DNA of 63,992 nucleotides, counting the filler, from Chiloscyllium plagiosum (taxonomy: Eukaryota), in the NCBI RefSeq assembly GCF_004010195.1. It is 4 parts of 2 records of this genome, joined end to end, with 100 filler letters (N's around TTAATTAATTAA, not from the genome) between each part and the next. Parts side by side here need not be neighbours in the genome. Positions count along the whole stretch, not along the records: positions 18,852 to 42,373 come from NC_057710.1; 3 more parts are not named here. One strand, given 5' to 3'. Under the pieces are notes generated by a model, which was not told where the DNA came from, made no database searches, and worked only from the letters and a program-made list of their open reading frames with translations. Each line of letters starts with the position of its first letter. Position 1 is the stretch's first letter. Below, in pieces: positions 23,708 through 34,747 of this stretch. The translations under genes were made by a program, and so were the position numbers.

Positions 23708-24060
23708 CTGTAGAATGATAAATGTTTTAAAAGCTTAAAAAATACAAACTCCAGGGTGTATTCCAAATGTCACTGATAGTATTTGCTGCTGTTAGATTCA
23801 GAGGTTGATATATGCTTTGAAGTTCTGCATAGTATAATTATTTTTCTGACAGATAAAACCATGTTAAATCTTAACTCTTTAACAACATCCAGATGTTAGT
23901 ATCTGATCTGCTCCGAAGAGCTAACAAAAACAAAAAAAATGGCAAATACACACAAAGCAGATACAATAAAGCTTCGTCATGGATGCATTTCTCAAGTACG
24001 TTTTAAACAAATATTTTCGTTAAATCATGGAAGAAGTTGAAATGGCATAATTGAGCTTAC

Positions 24061-24093
24061 CAAGTTCACTAAAGGTCCTCCAGAGTTTCCATA
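24061..24093 (-). CDS. HTRA3: HTRA3 exon 5 (33 bp micro-exon) with the catalytic Ser
   Basis: TATGGAAACTCTGGAGGACCTTTAGTGAACTTG = YGNSGGPLVNL, with aag acceptor and gtaagc donor. It is absent from the ORF track because it is short. Confidence 0.95.
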
Positions 24094-25274
24094 CTTCAGT
24101 GATGTGAAATACATAGAAAGAAAGCAGATATTGAGTATACATATTGAATGGCAACAACATTCAATTATACAGATTATTGCACAACATCACGAGAAAGCTA
24201 CCAATTTAACAGTCTGTGAACTAAGTGTACTATTGTATAGATTACAAACAAGGCAGGTAGTGTCAGTGTCCCAACGGTACATGACATCAGATACTGGTCT
24301 CACTTTCAGTTATCCCCATTGTACTGCCTTAAGTGTAGTTTGTTCACTCATTCATTTCTGTACATTGAATGGGCAGTAAAAATCAGTAAGCTAGAATCCC
24401 AGATTATGTATAACTGTGATATTACAGCAGTGTAAATACTCAACGTTGTGAACAAACTTTAAGATATGTCTCAACAAAAATCCAATTGATGTAATATACT
24501 GTATTTGATACAGAAGCTAACATATAGGGCAACAGCAATCAGACTACACCATACTGGCAGCAGTATTTCACCAAGAAACCACATCACGGTGGCATATCAG
24601 GAAGTTGCACTCCACTAAAAAGGTGATAATATCTTCACCCTCTTTCAATTGTGAAATATCCTCCCATTTTTCTTTTTACTACTTCTTCCCAAAGGTAGTG
24701 TCTCATGGTGGTGTATGAATCCATAAGAGATTATGCTGATGTTTGATTCTACTGGTTATTAGGCATTTACAAATCCTGACAGTTCGTTGCACAGACTAAC
24801 TTTAGGTCAGCACATTTAACATCAATCATCACCTCATTTGATCTTTATAACTATGCAGCAGATTTCTTATGCAAGACTATGTAAGACCATTTACCGTCAT
24901 CATAGTTATTAACTTGCCAAAGGACTAATTCCTTTCCCATCCTGCTTTTTTCCAGAACCAATGAAAATTATTCAAAACCATTCCGTATTTGACTAAGAAT
25001 AATTCCCTTGATTTTAGTTCAATCATCATTGAATCTGTTGACTTTCATGTCCACATAAAGTTAGATCAACAGCTTTGGGGGATTAAAAAAACACTATCAA
25101 AAGGCAATGAAAATATTAGTCACCTTTTTGAGCTTATTGGGTATGAATTTTATTGAAAACTACACTCATCTTTTGTGAATCACTAACATGGCCTACATAA
25201 ATACTTGATGATAACATGCTGTATTAAATATGCAAATTAAAAGTGTGTTGACATTTTAGGCACAATCTTAGTTT

Positions 25275-25465
25275 CACCACAGTGTGGAAACAGGCCCTTC
25301 AGCCCAACCAGTCCACACCGACCCTCCGAAGAGTAACCCACCCAGAACCATTTCCCTCTGACTAAGGAACCTAACGCTATGGGCAATTTAGCATGGCCAA
25401 TTCACTTGACGGGTCTCTGGCGCTGAGAGACAGCAGTGCTAACCACTGAGCCACCATGCCACCCA
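25275..25465 (-). mobile_element. HE1-type SINE, internally deleted
   Basis: HE1 tail and tRNA head are present and the central V-domain is missing. Confidence 0.8.
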
Positions 25466-25564
25466 TTCGTACATCTTGGCATAGCAAAGGTGCCACTGGT
25501 GTTTAAGTTAGAACACTGAGCATGAGGAATACACTGTCTTCTTACTGTAATGCTGTGATAGAGT

Positions 25565-28260
25565 TAACATAGAAAACAAGAGGAGTAGGCTCTTTAAGCC
25601 TGCTCCACCATTCAGCATGATCACAGCTGATCATCCAAACTCAGTATCCTGTTTCTATGTTTCACACATACACGTTGACCCATTTAGCCCCAAGAACTAT
25701 ATCTAACTGCTTCTTGAAAACAATGTTTTGGCCTCAACCAAATTTCTATGGTGAATTTCACAGGCTGATTACATAAAGAAATTTCTCCTCATCTCGATCC
25801 TAAATGCTACCCTGAAATAACTCTAATCCCGTCACCAAGTCTGTTTTTTTTAAACATGTGGAGAGTCCTTGACACTGATCCAGTTTCCTCAGAGCCAGCT
25901 CTCAGTGAACAGAACCTCGGACACTCCTTTTTCTTTTTTAAAACCCCCACACTACCGCCTAACTGCGGTTGTGCTTATTTTTTCCCCAGGTGTGAGTGTG
26001 AGCCCAGGTGTGAGTGTGAGTGTGAGTGTGAGTGTGAGTGTGAGTGTGAGTGTGAGTGTGAGAGAGAGAGAGACACAGTGCACAAATATTATTCAATTTC
26101 CACCACCAGGAAGATAGGAAAACACCTGGATGGACACTCCTTTTTCTATCTGTCCGCCAGGGCTCCCTGACTGGATCAGATTAACAGGCCCAATCAGCGA
26201 CTTCATTCTATGAGGTCCACCTAGCTCACCTCATTGCAATCACTACATTCCCTGTATCTTTAAACTGTAAGTCAGGTTCTCAGTCAGCAGCAATATCCTT
26301 CCTATGTTTACCTCGTTTAGTCTGGTTAGAGTTTTATAGATTTCAGAGATCGCTCTCATTCTTTTAAACTCTACTGACTATAGTCATACCTGATCCAGTC
26401 CATATGTTAGAGCTGCCATTCCAGGAATCAGTCTGGTAAATCTTCATTACACTCCCTCTGTAGCCAGTACATCCTTCCTCAGAGGAGAGCAAAACTGCAC
26501 ACAATACTTCACATGTGGTCTCATAAACACCCTTTAAAATTGCAGTAAGACATCCCTACTCTTGTACTCGAATCCTCACATTATGAAGGTCAACATACCA
26601 TTTGCCTTCTTCACCACCTGCTGCTCCTGTGCGCTTTTAGTGACTGGTATCCAAGGACAGCCAGTCACTAAAAGGTCTCTGTGCACCTCCATCTTTCCCA
26701 ATCTAATCGCCATTCAAATAATGATCTGCCTTCCTGATTTTGCCACAAAAATGGCTAACCTCACATTTAGCCACATTATACTTCATCTGCCATGCATTTG
26801 CCCACTCACTCAACTGGTGAATTGAATTGAATTTATTGTCACGTGTACCAAGGCACAGTGAAAAGCTTTGTCTTGTGAGCAATACAGGCAGATCACAGCA
26901 GCAAAACCAAAAACACAGGTACAGGCAAATGTTAAGAGTTTGCTGATCCATTCAACATTCTAATAATCATAGGTTAGATTTGGTTTCGAAACATCTGGTG
27001 CGTGCGTTCAGGCTTCTGTACCTTCTCACAGTGAAGCATCTCTACGTCCTCCTCACAGCACACCCTCCCATACAGTTGTGTGTTGTCTGGAAACATTACA
27101 CGTCTAAATCATGAATATATATTTTGATTAGCAGGAGTCCATGCACTGATCCTTGCAGTACCACACTAGTCCACTGCCTGCCACTTGGAAAAAAAGAGCC
27201 ATTTAATACTGCTGTTTCCAGTCTGCCAACCAAATTCCCTATCCATGTCAGTATATTACCCAGAATCCCATGTGCTTTAATTTTACATTGTAATCTCTTA
27301 ACTAAGCCTTCCGTAAGTCCAAGTAAACACTATCAGTTAGCTCCCTCTGATCAACTCTACCAGACGTATCCTCAAAAAAACTCCAGTAGATTTGTCAAGC
27401 AGGACTTCCCTTTCGTAAATGCGGATTCTGTTTGACCCTTTCACTGTTTTCAAAGTGCTCAGGTGTTAAATCTTTTGTCATAGATTGTAACATCTTCCTC
27501 ATATCTGATTTCAGGCTACCCACTCTAGATGCCTGGTTTTCTGTCTTCCTCCCTTCATAAATAGAGATGATACAGTAGCTACCCTTTAATCCATAGGAAC
27601 TGTTCTAGAGTCTGTAAACTCTTGAAAAATGACCATCATTGCATCCAATTTCTAGGACCAGACATAGACTAGTCAGGCTCTGAGGATTTGTCAGTCTTTA
27701 ATTCTATCAATTTCCCTGACATCCCATCTCTGCACTAACTATGATCTACTTCAGGTCCTCCCTCTCACTGCACCACGTGTTCCCCAACATTTATAGTCTC
27801 CTTTGTGACGGAAGAACCAAAATACATATTTAATTTGTCTGCCATCTCTTTGTGACCCATGAAAACCTCTCCAATTTCTGACTGTAAAGGACCTACATTT
27901 GTCTTTTTCTCATCACCCACCTTTGGAAGCTTTCAGAATCAGTTTGTCTGTTCTGCCCAACCTCACACTTGATTTTCCTCCTCCCAATCAATACTTTTGT
28001 CCTCTTCGACTGAAATCTAAACTGTTCTCAAAATTTCAGATCTGTTGGGTTTTTTTTTTAAGTCAAATTTGTCTGCCTTTTCCTTGGATCTTACACTATT
28101 CCTATTTTCCCTTGTTAGCCATGGTCAGGCCATCTTTCCCATTTTTGTTGGGTGTCAGACAGGAATGAATAATTATTACAGTTGCTCCAATGCACATTTT
28201 TACTATTGCCTGTCCACCGCTATCCTTCTGAAGTAACGTTCCTCAATTGATCATAGCCAA
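25565..28260 (-). mobile_element. Old CR1 LINE (RT region to 3' end) with nested insertions
   Basis: LSEWANAWQMKYNVAKCEVSHFCGKIRKADHYLNG (26703-26820) plus degenerate RT sequence. Confidence 0.8.
25989..26072 (+). repeat. (GTGTGA)n/(GA)n microsatellite
   Basis: Tandem hexamers; these explain the CECECE and VSVSVS ORFs. Confidence 0.95.
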
Positions 28261-28595
28261 GGATAATTGGATTTTAAAGCAAACCGACTAATGGCTATGC
28301 AGAATGTGATAATCTTTCTGGAACTTGGTTACTATTGAGAATCAGGAAGCATTTATAACTTGCCCTGGAGATTAAATAAGCAGCATAAAAGTTCATGTCA
28401 GAGAGCACAAAACATGCTACATGAACTGGCCCATTATCACTTTATTTCTTATGTTCTCAGTTTTTGCTAACAAACACAGCAACTGTTTTAGTGTACGTGG
28501 CAGAAGTGGCCTGCCACAATAATTTGAACTAGGCTAATTTCACTCCATTCCAATGTATTTCACACAGTGAAAAGACCTCGATACAATGTACTTAC

Positions 28596-28790
28596 ATTGA
28601 TGATGGCATCTGTCTGAATGTAATCCATATCTGAATCTCTGAGACCCAGCTCTCGTCCATCCCGTTGAGCAGAGCTGACAATTCCAGTTGTTACGGTATT
28701 TTGCAAAGCAAAAGGGCTCCCAATAGCAACTACAAATTCTCCTGGCCTGAGGTCGACAGACTGACCTAGAGATAGTACTGGTAGCTTTCT
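28596..28790 (-). CDS. HTRA3: HTRA3 exon 4 (195 bp)
   Basis: [65 protein letters not shown], with cag acceptor at 28793-28791 and gtaagt donor at 28595-28590. Phase 0/0. Confidence 0.97.
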
Positions 28791-29640
28791 CTGCAAAATA
28801 TTAAATTAAAGCTCAGAATGCAATCTTACCAAATAGCATCTGGTTTGTCAGTGTGACACAGAAGTAGCCTTTTCTATGCAAAGTTGTACTAACAGTCTGG
28901 ATATCATAATGGAATTTCACTCCTTCTGACAGAGACAATTACATTTTAACCTTACTACATTGGTTTTGAAGCAGTCTGGGAGTTCAAGTGAGTGAAACTT
29001 GCTGAAATGCAAGGTCTTTCTTTTTTGTGACATCACAAAATATTTTGCAGCTTTAATATGCACAGCATATTTATAGGTTTAAATATCTAACTGTGCTCCA
29101 ACCTAAACACAAAGTAATGTGACAGGGTACTTGATTCCAGTTGTGAGGAATGCATTTGTAATTTACACAGACCAGATCATTGTAAACTCACTTTCTCACT
29201 TGTGGAATAATGCTGAAATTCTACTAACATTTATCTATATCCTTAGCTGCATTTTGGTTGTGCACAACTAATATTTATTTCAGCTTGTAAAATAAGAGTT
29301 GATTTTGTTTGCCATTGTCTATCCTAGTTAGAGAAGGAAACACTTTACTGAATTGGCTGGCTGAATTTAAGACTCCAAAAGAAACTTTCTCCAAGTTTTC
29401 ACATGTTGCAATGTTTTGCAGTTAAAGTTATCCCAATATTGGAACAATGGAAATATGGACATGTGGACATTGAGGACACCAATACTGGTGTTAATTGATC
29501 TCATGAAATAATTCAAGGCCAGCTTATTCACATGGTATCACTGAATTTCTGGTGATTATCTTGAAGCTAAATGTGGCAGCAACAGAACCATGTTATCGAA
29601 ATGGTAACCTTGCTTTGTAGGTCCCACTGCCATGTGTGCT

Positions 29641-31065
29641 TCCACAGACACTCACTCGTTTGGCCGAACTGGTCCTCACCCTTAACAATTTCTCCTTCGA
29701 ATCCTCCCACTTCCTCCAGACCAAAAGGAGTAGCCATGGGCACAAGTATGGGCCCCAGCTATGCCTGTCTCTTTGTTGGCTACGTAGAACAGTTGATCTT
29801 CCGTAATTACACCGGCACCACTCCCCACCTCTTCCTCCGCTACATTGATGACTGCATTGGCGCCACCTCGGGCTCCCGCCAGGAGGTTGAGCAATTCATC
29901 AACTTCAACACATTCCACCCGGACTTTAAATTTACCTGGACCATCTCTGACACCTCCCTCCCCTTCCTGGACCTCGCCATCTCCAGTGACGACCGACTTG
30001 ACACTGACATTTTTTTTTTTTTACAAACCCACCGACTCCCACAGCTACCTGGATTACACCTCTTCCCATCCTACCTTTTGCAAAAAATGCCATCCCATAT
30101 TCCCAATTCCTCCGCCTCTGCCGTATCTGCTCCCAGGAGGACCAGTTCCACCACAACACACCAGATGGCCTCCTTCTTTAGAGACCNNNNNNNNNNNNNN
30201 NNNNNNNNNNNNNNNNNNNNNNNNNNNNNNNNNNNNNNNNNNNNNNNNNNNNNNNNNNNNNNNNNNNNNNNNNNNNNNNNNNNNNNNNNNNNNNNNNNNN
30301 NNNNNNNNNNNNNNNNNNNNNNNNNNNNNNNNNNNNNNNNNNNNNNNNNNNNNNNNNNNNNNNNNNNNNNNNNNNNNNNNNNNNNNNNNNNNNNNNNNNN
30401 NNNNNNNNNNNNNNNNNNNNNNNNNNNNNNNNNNNNNNNNNNNNNNNNNNNNNNNNNNNNNNNNNNNNNNNNNNNNNNNNNNNNNNNNNNNNNNNNNNNN
30501 NNNNNNNNNNNNNNNNNNNNNNNNNNNNNNNNNNNNNNNNNNNNNNNNNNNNNNNNNNNNNNNNNNNNNNNNNNNNNNNNNNNNNNNNNNNNNNNNNNNN
30601 NNNNNNNNNNNNNNNNNNNNNNNNNNNNNNNNNNNNNNNNNNNNNNNNNNNNNNNNNNNNNNNNNNNNNNNNNNNNNNNNNNNNNNNNNNNNNNNNNNNN
30701 NNNNNNNNNNNNNNNNNNNNNNNNNNNNNNNNNNNNNNNNNNNNNNNNNNNNNNNNNNNNNNNNNNNNNNNNNNNNNNNNNNNNNNNNNNNNNNNNNNNN
30801 NNNNNNNNNNNNNNNNNNNNNNNNNNNNNNNNNNNNNNNNNNNNNNNNNNNNNNNNNNNNNNNNNNNNNNNNNNNNNNNNNNNNNNNNNNNNNNNNNNNN
30901 NNNNNNNNNNNNNNNNNNNNNNNNNNNNNNNNNNNNNNNNNNNNNNNNNNNNNNNNNNNNNNNNNNNNNNNNNNNNNNNNNNNNNNNNNNNNNNNACTGC
31001 TGTGCTCTTCCAGCACCATTAATCCAGAATCTGGTTTTCAGCATCTGCAGTCATTGTTTTTACCT
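29641..31065 (+). mobile_element. Penelope-like retroelement with RT domain (in HTRA3 intron 3), spanning an N gap at 30187-30995
   Basis: LAELVLTLNNFSFESSHFLQT/KGVAMGTSMGPSYACLFVGYVEQLIFRNYTGTTPHLFLRYIDDCIG (PLE RT with YIDD, frameshifted). The 3' terminus at 30996-31065 matches 60779-60850 inverted. Confidence 0.9.
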
Positions 31066-31419
31066 TGCTGCAGAAATTAGCCTCTCCCTTTTGAAATACC
31101 CTTCAAATACAGCCGCAGTAGAGCTAACAAAAAGAGTGCTGCTTTGCCTATAAAAATGTTCCTGTGATCAGCTGAGTAAGAAACGTTTCAAGTCTAAGGT
31201 GATATTTCAAGATATGTACATTTACACATTTTTACACCCTGAATAGCTCTCGCACATGCCCAGTTCCCTGACCTTCAGTGACACTAATAGTTTCATGTAG
31301 CAGGATGTTGTGTAACTTTTCATTGAATGCACAACAGGTCTCAGCTATTTGTGTTTAGATCACCATATACGATAAATGTGCTAAGCAAAGCAATACTCGC
31401 TCCTTAGACGTCAATATTT

Positions 31420-32140
31420 TCTAAACAGGAAGAGGCTTCAGAAATCTGAAGCTCAAAGGGAGTTGGGAGTCCTAGTTCAGGATTCTCTTAAGGTTAACAT
31501 GCAGGTCCAGGTAGCAGTTAAGACGACAAATGCAATGTTAGCATTCATTTCAAGAGGGCTAGAATACAAGAGCTGATGTGTTCTGCTGAGGTTGCATAAT
31601 TCTCTGGTCAGATTGCATTTGGAATATTGTGAGCGGTTCTGGGCCCCATATCTAAAGGAGGATGTATTGGATTTGGAGGAGTTCCACAGGAGTGCTATAA
31701 GAATGATCCTTTTAATGAAGGGCTTATCATAAGAGAAGTCATTGAGGATTCAGGGTCTGCACTCGATAGAGTTTAGAAGAACAAGGGAGGATCTCATTGT
31801 AACTTACAGAATATGGAGAGGCCTGGATAGAGTGGATGTGGAGGACATTTTTTCATTAGGAGAGACAAGGAGATGAGGGCACAACCTCAGCGTGAAGGGA
31901 TGATCCTTTAGAACAGAGAACAGGAGGAATTCCTTCAGCCAGAGGAAGCCAAATCCATGGAACTCATTGCCGGGGGCTGTGGGGCAAAGTCTGAGTGCAT
32001 TTAAGTCAGAGACACAGATAGGTTCTTGATTAGTAAGGGGATTTCAGGTTATGGGAAGAGGGCAGGAGAATAAGGCTGAGAAACATTTCAGCCATGATCA
32101 AAGGGTAGAACAGACTTGATGGGCCAAATGGCCTAATTCT
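31420..32140 (+). mobile_element. CR1 LINE 3' fragment
   Basis: Degenerate CR1 ORF2 C-terminus and tail GATGGGCCAAATGGCCTAATTCTG. Confidence 0.82.
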
Positions 32141-32369
32141 GTTATAGTGTACTCAGAACTGATAAATTTGGCAATCGACACCTTTCTATAATGGTAGATT
32201 TTACTTTGGAATTGGATGTCTTGCTGTTTAGGCAATGGACCAGAGATTAGTCTTACAAGCCAGGGCAAAGCAAGGCGCAACAATTCAGTAATCGGTTTTA
32301 CATCCCACTCTATTCATTTTGACACAGTAGTCGTTAGAAAACCAAAAAAAAAAATCAGGAGGAGTTTGC

Positions 32370-32460
32370 CCAAAACATCTGGATGCTGCTTGACCTGCTG
32401 TGCTTTTCCAGCACCACACTCTCAGCTCTAATCTCCAGCATCTGCAGTCCTCACTTTCCC
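32370..32460 (+). mobile_element. PLE family A terminal fragment
   Basis: GGATGCTGCTTGACCTGCTGTGCTTTTCCAGCACCACAC...CTGCAGTCCTCACTTT. Confidence 0.75.
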
Positions 32461-32981
32461 CTGGAAGAAACAAACTGTCGATTTGCTACTACTTATTGCA
32501 TGCGACCACCAGAAAGCAATTTCATCCCTACTGGTTTTATTCTTTATGTGTTCTGACCGAATACAACATATCAGAACAAAGGCCCTTTCTCACAGGTAAC
32601 TGTGTTAGTCTTATCTTCTGTAAGTCTATCAGTACTCGTTAGCAAAGAAATCAGGAATAGGAAGATGGTTGGCATGGGAAATGAACAAATCATGCTGAAG
32701 CAATGGGAATTTGTTGAGGAGAGTGATTTTCTCAAGTGTTTAGTTAATATATTTCAAGGATCAGAGCAGACTCTGTACTGGCCTGGTTTTGGATCTGACC
32801 TGCAAGGAATTGACGGTGTCATTTAGTGCACACTGATTTTTTTTTTAAAATGTAAATTCTTCAGTATTGGCACTCTGAATAAGAACAACGTATGTCAAAG
32901 AAAATTGAAAAAAGTTAAATGGTAGAAAATGTAATTCTTGGCTTTTTACATTAACCAAAAAATGTATGAGATTTCACTTAC

Positions 32982-33207
32982 CTTAGAATTAATCTTTATT
33001 GTTGCTATGTCTGACTTCTTGTCAATATCTTTTATTGTTGCTTCATAGTTTTTTCCATCATGAACTTGCACCTTTAACTGTTGCTGACCTGACATTATAG
33101 TGTTGCTGGACACTACAACATGAGCATTCGTCACAATTAGCCCACTATCTGATATTATAAAGCCAGAGCCACTAGACAATGGGACATTTCTTCTCAATAG
33201 AGGATGC
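32982..33207 (-). CDS. HTRA3: HTRA3 exon 3 (226 bp), trypsin-like domain with catalytic His and Asp
   Basis: HPLLRRNVPLSSGSGFIISDSGLIVTNAHVVVSSNTIMSGQQQLKVQVHDGKNYEATIKDIDKKSDIATIKINSK, with cag acceptor and gtaagt donor. The SSN...QQLKVQ insertion after TNAHVV is characteristic of HTRA3 rather than HTRA1. Confidence 0.96.
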
Positions 33208-33325
33208 CTGTATTGGAGGAGAAAAATTGAAATAAGGATGACAGATTCTCTACACACTTCAGAGTGCAAAATAAACTTTCTTCATTTCCAATGACGTCTG
33301 TGTTCTTAGGAACATTTTAACTGAG

Positions 33326-33634
33326 TAGATTAGATTCCCTACAGTGTGGAAACAGGCCCTTCGGCCCAACAAGTCCATACCGACCCTCTGATTAACCCAT
33401 CCAGACCCATTTCCCTCTGACTAATGCAACTAACACTATGGGCAATTTAGCATGGCCAAGTCACCTGACCTGCACATCACTGGACTGTGGGAGGAAACTG
33501 GAGCACCTGGAAAAAGCCCATGCAGACACGGGGAGAATGTGCAAACGACAGACAGTCACCTGAGGCTGGAATTGAACCTGGGACTCTGGTGCTGTGAGGG
33601 AGCAGTGCTAACCACTGAGCCACCGTGCCGCCCC
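33326..33634 (-). mobile_element. HE1-type V-SINE, full length, in HTRA3 intron 2
   Basis: Complete head, V-domain and tail, flanked by an AACTGA direct repeat. Confidence 0.92.
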
Positions 33635-34647
33635 AACTGATTAGAAAAATAACTGCAGAAGAATACATTCATTTTCCACAGTGACCATATATTTTATTAT
33701 TTAAAAATTGTATGTTACCACAATTATAATCTCAAAGAAGATAGGTATTATCACTGACGCTTCTATCCTGCTGTGGTGATCTTGCATAACCTTTCACTCG
33801 CTGTGACAGCCAAAATGACAATTGTTAAGCAGTAAAATTAAAATTCATGTTGGTAACAGAATAAACAAACTGTACTAAACAGCTGATTGATGGAGCTCAC
33901 TGAAACAAAGCAAAAATCCTTAAGAGTGAAAACTAGCTGAGAGTAACTCCATGTGCACAGCTTACTTCAAGGGCTCCTGGAATAAACTATTAACTCATCG
34001 GTTACAGCACAAATTGAACTGTCACAATGTTAGTTTTTTAAACAATTATTCTCAGTCAGTCAGTGCCCACCGTCACTATAGAGCTGTTGCAAAAATAACT
34101 GATAGCCATTTGCAAAGATTGGTGCAAAACAGTATCGTTGAGCTTCGAGAAACTGGAAATAAATGGTTTCGGTAGTCAATAATTTCTGGCACTTTATAAT
34201 GAAGGGAAACCCCAAACCCACTCAAAACAAGGTCAGTAGTCTAGTTAAATTATTGAGGAAATGATCCAGAAAATGAGAGCTCAAATTCCAAAACAATTGT
34301 TCAAGAATTTTAATTCAGTTTTAAAGCTCTGAAATAAAGTGATGGCATCCAGAGAGATAAGTATGAAACTACTGGATGGTTATTATAAAAAAACCAACTG
34401 ACTCAATTAAGTTCTTTAAGCCAGTAAGCCCATGTTTATTCTTGACTCTTGTACCACATCAACAGGGTACACTAGTAGTTCAAGTTGATCATTATCACAT
34501 TCTCAGAACAAACTAGAGACTGCAAAGAATATTTGTGGGCAATGTCCATGTTTCAAGTAAGATGTTTTAAAATTAAATGAATCCATGCATGCTGTATAGT
34601 GTCTTACATTTGTAGTACTCCACCTGCATCATTATGGTCAGACTTAC

Positions 34648-34747
34648 CTCAAAAATAGCTCTATGTGAACGACTGCAGGAGCAATTTTCTCCACCACATC
34701 AGCTATAAAATTAAATTTATATCGCGGGCTGTTTGGATGTGAATGAC
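34648..34747 (-). CDS. HTRA3: HTRA3 exon 2 (100 bp), start of the protease domain
   Basis: Minus strand reads (G)[32 protein letters not shown](R). Acceptor tag at 34750-34748 and donor gtaagt at 34647-34642. Phase 1 in, phase 2 out. The length matches HtrA exon 2 as recalled. Confidence 0.95.

Noticed and set aside
25856..26170. CECECE and VSVSVS repeat proteins
   Set aside because: These are translations of a (GTGTGA)n microsatellite.
29571..31080. Longest ORFs in the track (288-483 aa)
   Set aside because: Their length is an artefact of the 809-bp N gap. The real part is a frameshifted Penelope RT.
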